Below, one piece after another: positions 12,701 to 24,700 of a stretch of DNA of 64,000 nucleotides. The stretch lies in NCBI RefSeq assembly GCF_001949145.1, contig NW_019091357.1:3231078-3295077 (forward strand), read 5' to 3'. Under the pieces are notes generated by a model that was given only the letters and a program-made list of their open reading frames with translations, made no database searches and was not told the origin of the DNA. The stretch is from Acanthaster planci (lineage: Eukaryota). The translations under genes were made by a program, and so were the position numbers. Position 1 is the stretch's first letter. Each line of letters starts with the position of its first letter.

Positions 12701-15700
12701 TTTCCCTCGACTTGTTGACCTTTCAGATGCAACTACTACACCTACCCGACGACGGACTATTTCTTGGTTGTCCGCGGCGTCAACGGCTACTACAACATTG
12801 ACGGCACCGATGTCCCCGCCACGCAGTTCCTGGACCAGGATATTCTGATTGACATTGGGGTCAGTGACCTCGCCGTCATGGACACCCAGCATGTGAGTTG
12901 AAGTGAAATTAAGCTCAGCACTAAAGGATTCAGTACTCTCAGAATTAAACCTCCATTAGTAATACATCCGTGGAAAGTTGTTGTATGTTGTCGCATTTGA
13001 TGGTTATTCAAGCAGCGTTCGAAACGACATGTTCAAGGTCTGACTGGAACTGGCAAAACGGAAGTTTAAGCCAAATCCACTCGTTTCGAAAATGCTCTTT
13101 GTTTACTTTTATCTTGTGTTTGTCCAGTGCCCCAAAATCCACTCTTGCACTTTGTTGCATGTTAGTACGGTTCATATTTCAGCTGTGTTGCAATCTGTTG
13201 CCTTAAGCAGGGTTCTTGTTTCAGTTGTGTAGCATTCCGTTGCACTTGGCATGGTTCTCATATCAGCTGGGTTGCATTCTGTTGCCTTAAGCAGGGTTCT
13301 TGTTTCAGTTGTATTGCATTCCGTTGCACCTGACATGGTTCTCATATCAGCTGTGTTGCATCTGTTGCCTTAAGCAGGGTTCTTGTTTCAGTTGTATTAC
13401 ATTCCATTGCACCTGGCATGGTTCTCATATCAGCTGTGTTGCATTCTGTTGCCTTAAGCAGGGTTCTTGTTTCAGTTGTGTTGCATTCCGTTGCACCTGG
13501 CATGGTTCTCATATCAGCTGGGTTGCATTCTGTTGCATTCAGCAGGGTTCTTTTTTCAGCTGTGTTGCATAATGTTGCATTTTAGCGGGTTTCCCGTTAC
13601 TTCTGTATTGCATTCTGTTGCATTCAGCAGGGCACCTGGAGAGAACCTAGTGTGGGGGGGCAGGGTTTTAATAAGCAAGAGTAGTTTTGTTCGCAGCATG
13701 CTTTGCCTTTCAAAATGCTTCACTGTCTTTTTGGCAGTTAACAAAGGGCAAGCGGTTGGATGCCCTGCCCATCTCAAGTGCATTGTTAGCGCTCACTTTG
13801 GTCCGTCAAGGTCCCTAGTCCCTAATTACCTTATCCTTTCCCCCACTGTAGAAGAACCTCCTTGTGAACATTCCGATCATCGAGCCTGGCGACTACATCT
13901 TTGTCTACGAATACTATGGTGGAGGGCCGGGAGTCCAGACTGGCACCGTGGAGGTGTCCTCTTCCGGAGGAACCCAGCGAGGATACATCAAGTTCTTTGA
14001 CTGCTCATTTCTGTGAGTCTGCCCAACTTTTCCCAAGAACTAATCATTCTGTCTTTTAGCAAAGAGTCTCTCAAGCCTTCATAAATTCACATGGTTTTTG
14101 GAGCTCCTTTATAGTTGACTTAAAGCAGAGAGCCTTGGAAATCTACTGTATAAAGAGCACACATCCACCCATACTGATGCTAAACATCTTTGAAATGGTT
14201 TCAGCTTCCTTTGGTGTATAGAGGGTCTGCATGGCTGCCATCTGTACAGGCCAGTGCTTTTGTTACACTGGATCTGCACAAAGGAGGTTTCCCTGTGGAA
14301 CAAAAGAACTGCCCTGCAAGATGGCTACCACGCAAAGCCTCTGTACAGTTTGATGCTGCCATGTCAGGTGCAAAATGGTTTATCAAACACAACAGCCATA
14401 CCTGCCTGCACAGGAATCCATTTACACTCCTCGTGAAGAGAGGCGAGTTGGGGTAAAAGTGACTTAACCGAGGTAACAACATAAGTCCAACTGTGATCGG
14501 GAGTCGCAGAACCTAACCACTAGACCACACGTACCTGGACATTAGAGTAAAGAGAGTGATCTGTCCACTTGAGAAAGAAGAAATGCCCAAAGGAAGAAGC
14601 TCATCTTTCCTACTCTTTTACTTTCTGTGATTTCATTCTCACAGGTGTCGCGCTGTTGTGGTGGATTCAGATGGTATGCCCATGGTCTTCAACGTGGAGT
14701 ACCCCAACCCTTACATCAGGCTGGTGCTAGACGGAAACCCAGATCTGATCGGAATTGTAAGTTTTATCGTCAAGAAATAGAGATCAAGTTGACATAGAAA
14801 TGCAAAATACAAGAACCTCAATAAACTGGCTGAAGTGACCCAAAATGGACAAATTGAAAATGTAAGAGGGCCTGAAATAATGACAAGAGACGAAAATCTT
14901 GTTATCAGTAAAAGCAAAAAAAGATTGAATGGAAGAGTGTATCATTTGTTAAGAGTGATCTCTGTGTTCCAACTCTTCAAGAAGTTATTGGAGTGAGGCA
15001 TTTTGTGAAAAAAAATAGAATGCAGACAATATTGGTCCCTTGTCTGTACCGTACGCAAGTTTTTGTCAATACCTGCCAGCTTTGAAAGGTAGATTGGTTT
15101 ATCATCAGCAGTCAAAAGAAGTGGCTCTTTGCAAGGACTAGACACATTTAGAATTCACGATGTTATATACAATTTTGCAGAGCCAAGTGATCGCCATTCC
15201 TGCTGACAGGTGGTCCTACGACTTTGTAACACCAGCCCTGCAGTGTGTCCGCACAGCCGACGGAGAGTGAGTAGTTTGGGTTTTGAAAGTTCCGTTGGCA
15301 GTTTTGCCCATCTGCATCTTCCCAAGTCAAGTTTAAGGATGATACTCCACTCTCAATTGTTTTTGTATTTTTCAAAGCAAGAAATGATCAAAGGTTTAAG
15401 CTCTTCTCCTCTTGTGGGATGCTGGTCTGCTTCCTGGTTAATGCTGGTTCCCATTTAGACTCCAGGGGTGAGGAGAAGCAAGCAGGGTAGAGTAGCTTGC
15501 CTGAGGACACAACTGATGGCCCGTGCTAAATTTGAACCCTTTGCAGTTCTTTTCTTAATAACATCATATGCTGGTCTCTGTTTCAACTCATGAGTGGAGA
15601 GAGGCATATTGGGGTTAACTGGCCTGCCTAGGGACAGCACATGGCTGCATTGGATTCAGACTCCTCCCACAACCCTAGCCACAAACCTGTATGGTCCACC

Positions 15701-18700
15701 TGTTCGTTGCCCTGGGAAAGTGGCTGATGTGAGACTAAGATAACATAATGATGCATCATTTTATCTAATAAAATTAGGATTACATTGGATTTTATTCACT
15801 GTTTTCTTATTTTAATTTATGTCTTGTTTTTTTTTTTCAGATGTCATGGTTCCACCTACCCAGTCCCCACCGGCTCCGTTTGGATTGACAAATCGGATAT
15901 TGACGTCAGTGCTCCACTCCCACCCAACATTGCAGACACCGACGTCACACTGCACTACATCACGAGCGACGGCAGTGGATCGGTGAGAGAGAGATCACAG
16001 GAGTCGTGCCTTTTCACCAGACCCTTCCCCAAACCACCAAAATCCAATTTATAGTTCTTGTTGGAATACAATGGTTTCAGGCTATAGATCATCAGCGCTG
16101 CCACTTTTACAGCATGTAATTTTTGTGTCCAGAGAAAAGCCATTGGATTACTGCATAAGTGTTGGATTTCGTAAGATTTACCCTTACCCTGATTGACCTT
16201 GTAAGAACTGTAAAAATATTGGCAATTAGTGAATGTTGCTGTAGAGACCTCAGCAAAGATGCCCCAAAAGAAATTTCACGGCTGTTCTCCCCTCAAAACA
16301 GGCCTTCCTGAGTTCTCACCCATAGAGGTCCAGTGTGTGCACAGACTTTATAGCGATATCTGGCTCAGGTTTATACTTACACTGGGCCATGCTACCTTTT
16401 TTTACCAGAGCTCTGTGACCTATGACAATGTTGAGCCTTTGGGTGGTCGCTATGTCTACGTAGTCCACTACTTCCAGCCCAGTGGAGCGACTGTGGACGT
16501 CAACTTCAATGTTGTGGGCGAATTCGATGGAGAAGGTGTGTGCCCCACTCTTGACGAGAATACATCGTTTGTTATTGCTAGGTGTCTGTCACGGTTTCAA
16601 CTGAAAACTACCTCCATGATAAGCTTTCGGTTTATTCAGTTGCTAAGTATTTTGGAAATTATTCGTGGCATACTTCTATCTCATTGAAAGCACTCCTTCA
16701 CTTGACCGTGCCTTCATCGCGTCACTCTTGCAGGGTCTTTCCAGGCTGAATACTGCCCTCATGTGTCGGGGTGCCGAGCGGTTGTCACGTTACCAGACGG
16801 CAGTTCGACCTTTGACCTGTCTGGCACAGGCCAGGGATACTACATCTCTCTGCCCGATGGCAGCAGAGGCAAAGTCTGGATTGTAAGTCTGAATTTTGAG
16901 ACCAGTTTTGTGTTTAAGAAGGCCTTTTAGCTGGTGTGTATTTGGACTTTGCTTATCTCAAGAAAATCTTTCATTTCTGTCTGGTTACAACCAAAGTGTC
17001 TGCTTCATAGAATTGCAAAGCTCACTTGATTTAAAACATTTTATTGTGAAAAAAGAGCACTTTGTATGAAGCAGGGTTGAAAAAAAATTATTCAGAATAA
17101 TAGAAACAAACCTCATCTGGAATTTGACTTGGGGGTTAGGTCTCTTTGCAGGAAAATAAATAGTGTTGAAATTTATGGACACATCACTCTTGCTTTCCTG
17201 AAGGACTACGTCATCGCCATTCCGGAGAATTCCTACAATGAAGACGTGCTCATCGAGGAGCCACAGGACAGGGCTGGGGAGTTCATCCGCAACTGTGCAG
17301 AGAACAACTTCTACATCAGGTAAACCCTGTCCCTCCTGTGCCCTTGCCTCCGTCCCCTGATTTCATCACGTCCCCCCCCCCGCTGTGCTTCTTGCCCTCC
17401 ATGTCTGTTCGGACCACCTGCCCGGTTGTCCAGCAGGTGTGGATAGCCCATCAAATCCAAACCAAGTTGACAATAATCAGGTCTTGAGGTTGTGTATTGG
17501 CAGTTCTCAAGGAAGTTCCAGTGCGTAGAATTGAAGCCACAAATTTGTTTAACTGACTGACGGTATACTTTCTTGAGTGGGGATGTTTATGATGATGGCA
17601 CTGACTGTTGAACTGGCACTGACTGTTGAACTGGCTAATAGAATGCCAAAGTGTGATGTCATTTTGAACCAGGAAGTGCAAACAAAGTGCAGTGCAAACA
17701 AATGGAGTATGTGGTTTTCGCTCATAATTGTGGGCGTGACATATCTACTTGGGTACTCTTCAAGAGCAGTATTAACAAAGCTGTCATCTGGTTCCCTTGC
17801 ATTGGCACAGCCAGTGTCCAAGATAAGAACAGACATACAGAGCTTCTGAACGAATGCCCCTGAGGTGTGTCTGAGCTGGGCTTGACCACTCAACCACACA
17901 CCCTCTGGCCACACACTGACCGATTGCCCATCAATTGAATCCCTCCTTTTGTCCCCTCCACAGGCCGGACGGCAGCGGTTTCTGCCGCCAGGCTACCTTC
18001 TCCCTCTCGGCCGATTACAACAACGGCGCCCTGCCCTGTGAGTGCAACCGCCAGGGCTCACAGAGCTTCAACTGCGAGCAGTTGGGCGGCCAGTGCCTCT
18101 GCCGGCCCAATATCTCTGGCCGCCGCTGCGACCGCTGCAAGATCGGCTTCTACGACTTTCCCAACTGCTTCAGTAAGTTTGTCATTTCCCACTTTCAACA
18201 AGTCCTTTCCGTTTCAGTAGTTTCTAAATCCTGGCTTGATCCCTTTTTCAGCTTCCTTCCGATTTTTAATCCCTTGACTTAAAAATTTCACTACAGACTT
18301 TTGGTGTTGCTTAAGGAGCATCATACTGTACGGCGTTAGTCCAAAGACTGAGGCAGCCCAAATGTTACAGTCACAGAGGTGGTTTTGATGTCTGTCGGGT
18401 ATTTCAATACTCCCACACAGTGGGCATTTGTGACAGTGGGCGTTTGTGAATCCTGTGGCTTATATAACGAGATTCTGAATGGAGAGAAACCAACTATGGC
18501 CATCTCTATATCCTGGGCACTCTTTGGTGTATGTGGGTGCCCGCCATGTTTGTTGTGTTTGGGGGTATCACATGTAGCTTTCCCTTGGCAAATTTTTGAT
18601 CTGTTGGGGAAAGATGTAAGTTTAATACGCAAGAGGGAGTAAAAGACAAGGCTGATGCCAGCCTTCGTCTTTGGAAATCCTGACCAAACCTGGTAAACGC

Positions 18701-21700
18701 TGAGCCCAGTAAACTCTCCACTTTGTCTGCCTGCACTGATTGTCAACTCTAATTGATTGATATTGCATGGCATTCTGATCCAACCGTTAAAAAAGAAAAA
18801 ACCGAAGCAGAAATTGGCAAGATGCCATAACCTCAATATCCAGCCTTTTCACGATATGGCCTTACAATACACGATTTTTAGAAACAAAGAAAATTAACGA
18901 ATAAGTGCGGCTCCTCGTTGTGACTTGCAGGATGTCGCTGTCGGTCAGGAGTTTGTAATGAGGTAACCGGAGAGTGTATCTGCCCGGACAACGTGGTCGG
19001 TAGCAGCTGTGATCGCTGTGCTGAGCGGACCTTCGGCTATGACCCATTGGTTGGCTGTGCTGTAAGTCATCACGTAGACCCTAGATACCCTCACTATCTC
19101 CCCCATGAATGTTCTTGCTATAGTAGGACGAATGCAAGACTGTACAGTTGTAACATTTGGTAATTAGCTTGATGGCCTGATCTGTGGAGAATGTTTTGTG
19201 AGTCCTCCTGCATAATAAGTTCGGCCAGTTCAGATATGTTCTACACAAACTTTCCTTGCAGCCGATTTTGAAAAACTTGGCGTAACTTTACACTGTGCGC
19301 CATATGGCTCAAAGTTTGGGGCGTAACTGTGCAATTGATGTATTGTGGATTTCATGAAAAGTTGTTTAGCTGTGCAACACTTTGACTATCTTGGAAATGG
19401 ATGATTACAGCTGCCACAATGGCTATTCCTTTGCAGTGTCACAACATTTTTGAACAGTCGTCAAACAAGCTTCATTGGCCATTTTGAAACTGTTTAAACA
19501 AAAAATTTTTGTCAGAAAATTTGAAGTCTTCTCACAGCCAAACAGGGGTTTCATTAGCCCTGTAGGATTGTCAGAGTTGGTGAAAGATGGGTTGCAATTT
19601 TGCAGTTTCACAGGTTTTTGTTGCAATCATTTGTAGTAGTTGTCGTATTTTGGTGGTATTTTTAAAAACAGGAATGCAACTGTGATGACCGTGGTATCGT
19701 TGACGGAAATTTCAACTGCAACCAGGACAGTGGCCAGTGCAAGTGAGTCAGAAAGCCACTGAAACAGTGTTGATGTCTATTTCGTACACTTTTGTACTTC
19801 TCGTCCCACGTAATGTGCTACTTAAAGTGTGTCAATCTGTTTCTTGAGAAATTGTCCGCTTTTCTAAGTGGAACAGTTTTTCTCCTGCATGTATCACGTT
19901 CTTGTTAGCCATCAACTTTCAGACTGATGAAATCACTCAAATGCTACAGGTTAAAACTTGGAATTACCTTCACAAATGTCTCTGTCATGGTTTAAATAGC
20001 TTTTTGCTTCAGTTGAGAGTGGATGACTCGGGATTGGTTTGTTGTGACATGCACCGTCTTAACTACATCTAACAAGTAAACTACAGATTGGGAAGAAATT
20101 TGAAATGCTCTTGTTTGTGACTGACTCATAATTCTCGAGACTTCCATGTTTGGAACTTATTAGGGAACCAGAACCTTTCAAAGAATCATGCAAAGTGCAG
20201 CTCCAAGACCCTTACAAATTGTAATTCCAGTAACTTTAAAGTTTGGAACTTCTTTAAACAGGAACCTTACAAAAAACCTCTCAAATCATAATTCCGAGAA
20301 CCTCATCAATTATAATTTCAGGTTTGGAACTTTGCCGGGAACTAGAAGCTGTCAAAATCTTCACAATGTTTTTCTTGTTTTTGCCCCCATTTCAGCTGCA
20401 AGGCCAACATTGGAGGCCGGCAGTGCGATCAGTGCCAGCCAGGCTTCCACCGCTACCCGTTCTGCGAATCCTGCTTCTGTGATGTCAGCGGGACGGAGGA
20501 GGGGATCTGCAACCAGGCCACCGCCGAGTGTTTGTGCAAGGTACGAGACCCCAGCTGCAGACTTCGAAACCTTCCTCTGAAAAGCTGCAGCTGAACTTGG
20601 GCAGTTTGATTTGGTGTTATCAGGAAGTGTTAGCACTGGTCATTTTGAGCCAACATTTTTTTAACAAATAGTAGTTGTTGGAACTGCTTTTCAGTCGTAT
20701 ACCTTCAAATGGTTCTTAGAGAATGGAAGTCAGTAGAAACAGAAGAACTTTCCACTCACGTAATTCCTTTTAGTTGTCGGTGCTATGGTTGAGTCCGTTC
20801 ACAGGTCCATTCGCAAGTCATTTTACAAGACTGGTCGTAAGTGGTTGGGCAAACAGTGACCATGGAATGCTTGGTCTCAGGCCGTCTGGATAGCTTATGA
20901 CTTGGTTTAAAGACTGGCCGGCTTGTGATGGACGTGTGGTGGACTTGCAGGGATTTGAAAACATAAGGATGCCAAACTAGGGGAATTATTAAAATAAAAC
21001 GAGTTATTATGCCGAAAGACCATCCAAACCTGATTGGAAAAAAAAAGACCCGAATAGGAGAAATTTAACTAACCTGTAAAATTGTTGCCTAGTGATGAAC
21101 TTGTCGATGTTTTTATCGCCATGTGTAGGAGAACGTAGAAGGCGTGCAGTGTAACCAGTGCAAGCCGGGTACCTTCTACCTGGAAGCGTCCAACCCCATG
21201 GGCTGCATCAGCTGCTTCTGTTTTGGTCACTCCTCCGACTGCCGCAGCTACGGCCGGTCACGAGAAAAGGTAGCCCGACCCAGGCTGTACAGACGTAGTT
21301 GTGAAAAGCTCAGACTCGTGAGGTGGACAGTGCCAGTGATGGCGACTGCAGAATGATATCTCATAAACCCAGCATCCGAGCAGTAGTTAACTATTGTAGC
21401 CAAGCAACAAATGTTTACACACTGGAACAGAAATCCAATCAGAGCAGTTGGTGATTAAAAAAAGATTGTTTTTAAGACTACACAAAAGGCAAATGGCTGT
21501 ATTTATCTAAAACTTTTAAGGTTTGCTCGCAGTTTACTTCTAAATTTGTATCAATATCAAATTTGTGCCTCTTAATTGTACCATTTGAGTGCCCTGTTGT
21601 TAGGTTTTACTGATGCATGGTACCCTTCAACCCCTTAATTCTTTGGTCAGTGAAGCAGACGTCAGTCGGGTGTCGGGAAAACAGGCTGCATTTTGATAAT

Positions 21701-24700
21701 GCTTTATTTTATTTTATTCAGAAGAGACTTTCGTTTCCCAGAAATGGTTTGTAAAGGGAAAATGTCAGCGTGTCGGAAATGGCCAACTTTATCTCTTGTT
21801 TTGGTGCTGTGTGTGGTTTGGTTTCTATGTCAACCAGTCACCTGTGACAGCAGAAGCATTGAAAAAAATCAGCTCATGAAGTCTGACCAACACTTTCTAG
21901 ACTCTGTTGCACATGTCATGTACTTTTTTTTTCCTATAGTTTATTGACATGGACGACTGGACTGTCACTAACATGAAGTCCCCTCTGATCCGGCAAGCTG
22001 GCAACCTGATCAACGTCCTTGTAGGGGATGTTGGCACGGGCACCGACCCCAACCAGGCCATCTACTGGGAGGCACCGGAGAGTTACTTAGGCAACAAGGT
22101 CAGCTCGGACCGGTCAACCTCTTTTGCGAAATCATCGTCAATCCAACTATTTGCCCTAAATCTGAGTTCCTTGTCTGTGTGTCTTCAAGCTTTTTATTGC
22201 GACGTGTAACATCTTTTTCAAAATTAGAGAAGACCAGTGCTTATTTTTAATAATTTACAAGTTGTGCTGCACTAGACGTTCACAGGGCTGTGTTCCCATT
22301 GTAATCTGCTGAATGGGTGGTGCCAGACTATCTTGGTTTGACGCCTCACTCTCGTTGTTTTTAAAATGTGGCTTGAAAATTTAGATAGAACAGCGGCATA
22401 TCCAGCTTTTGGTGTCGATGGGGAGGGGAATATTCAAAAGCGAATGCGGCTTCTTCAGGCTCATTCAGCATGATGTTGGGGTGAAAAAAAAATCAAAAGC
22501 CTTACTCGCGTGCCCGACATCCTTGCTTTTATTTCATGGAGTTGTTCTCTTAGGGTTTTGGCGCTAAAATTTGCTGAATTAAATTTTTTTTACAATATTT
22601 AATTTAAAAGAATCCGTCAGGGAGGTTTTAGTTTTTCAGTTTTACTTCAGTGCTTTCATTTTTATTCTCAGATGGCAAATAAAAAAGTTAACCTCACTGT
22701 CAATTCCAATTTGCCAACTTGTGAAATAAGGCCCATTAAGCACTTTAAACTTTCACTGTATTGTCAAATTTTATACAAAGTAAACACTGAGTGTGATTTC
22801 CCCTCAGCGACACGTTGCATTCTTAGCTTGTCGTATGGACTGTACCTTCATGATTTGTTTTGTTTGCAACGTGACCATTTATTGCCTGGATTTTCCATCC
22901 ACAGCTGACGTCCTACGGCGGTAAATTAGAGTTCACCGTCAGCAGTAATGGCATCCCTGAAAGAGGGGATTCAACCTCGTCCCCATTGCGTAGACCTGAT
23001 GTCATAATCACTGTAAGATTTTCATTGTAGAAGTTTTTTTAGGATGGGAAATCATGGGTGAAAGTACACAAATTATAAATACGCATAATTTGTAGAAAAT
23101 AATCTCAATTTGTGTATTTTTAGGCAGTGACAATAACCCTAACAGTCGTCAATCCTTCACCTGCTGGAGGATTGAGGACTGTTAGGNNNNNNNNNNNNNN
23201 NNNNNNNNNNNNNNNNNNNNNNNNNNNNNNNNNNNNNNNNNNNNNNNNNNNNNNNNNNNNNNNNNNNNNNNNNNNNNNNNNNNNNNNNNNNNNNNNNNNN
23301 NNNNNNNNNNNNNNNNNNNNNNNNNNNNNNNNNNNNNCCGAAGTGGTTAAGGATACTTGAAACCAGGGCATTGAAAAGTGCCTTAAAATTGGAAAATGAG
23401 TGTGTCCAATGTCCTCTAAGGATTTAAGCTTTTAGATGCATTCGGTCAGCAAAAACAAATGAAACAAACCAGCCTCCAGGCTGTCTAGTAGCTGCCTGTA
23501 CCATTGCTTAATTGCTACAGTGGTCTTTTGTTCAGTTTCACAATGACGCTGATCCTGCAAATACAAACATCTTGAAGAGTCTCATAATTTTCACACGATT
23601 GAAGACATTACAACCTGCATGACATGTAGTTCCTCACAGGTGTCTCATCCATTGTCTCCGGTAGCAACAGATGTTTATCTTTTGTCTGTGTTTCCAGGGC
23701 AACAACATCACCATCATGTACATCAACGTAGAGCAGCCGCAGAACGGCCGCTCCCTGGACATGTCCGTCACACTCCTGGAGGTAAGCCAATGCCATGTTG
23801 AGCTCGGAAAATATCACCGCTTAAATGTGATGCATTGCATATTGCTCGTGGCTGGTTCCCACTACAGTCTGTCTGGTTGCCATTTCCATCAAATTAAGAT
23901 AGCGTTCACATCCATGCATTTAAAAAAAATTTTTTTTTTTAGTTTTGGTGATATTTATCTAGGTCACCTTTGACCTTTTTGACCTGTGTCTTGTCACCAT
24001 CACTTTAGTATGAGAATTTTGGATATCACTGTTCGATGGATCATTGAGGGATTAGTATTGAGTGTTTTTAGTCCTTTTTTTTCCTCTGACAGGATAACTT
24101 TCAGTACAGTTTCTCGGCACGGACAGTGACTCGGGAAGACATGATGATGGTCCTTGCTGGCATCACGTCCATCCAGATCAGGGCACAGTATTACAACAAG
24201 ATCCTAGACGCAAGGTACACAGGAGCCAGTCTTTTCATGCTGGTTGACATGGAAACACGCAAGGATCCCAATATGTCGTAACACGGAGGACCCTTAAATA
24301 CATTCTGGCAAATTATGCATTCAGCAGTGCTTAGCAACGTCAGTATTCATCCCCGTATTTGAGTGGTCCCCAATGAGTCCGTAGGCACACTGGTCCTCAG
24401 AGGTTTAGTGTGTGCGGAGCCTTCAAACGTCCGTAGTCCCTTGCCCCTTGTTGTTGCAAGCATCGCATCATGACATTGTCTCAGCATTTAAAAAAAGGAA
24501 CGATGTGGTAAGAAACATGGCACAGATCCTGAACAAATGACCACTTGGGTCAGCATTCTCAAGTCCAACTTGTGGTACCCTTGTCATTTCACAGTGCCGC
24601 CCCTCGACATGTTCTTTGTGGAATAAGATTGTCGACGCCATGGCATTAAGCTCATAGACAAACAAATAGAACACCTTCCCCAAAATATTTGCCAGTGACA

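Noticed and set aside
13207..13560. Regularly spaced repeats resembling a CRISPR array
   Set aside because: There are no unique spacers and no cas genes, and the context is a eukaryotic intron; it is a tandem minisatellite.
21762..21850. Signal-peptide-like ORF ([28 protein letters not shown]) suggesting an internal first exon for a short isoform like LAMA3A
   Set aside because: It is out of frame with the next exon on read-through, and the only in-phase donor I found (CCA|GTCACC) is very weak. The hydrophobicity is explained by TG-rich intron sequence.
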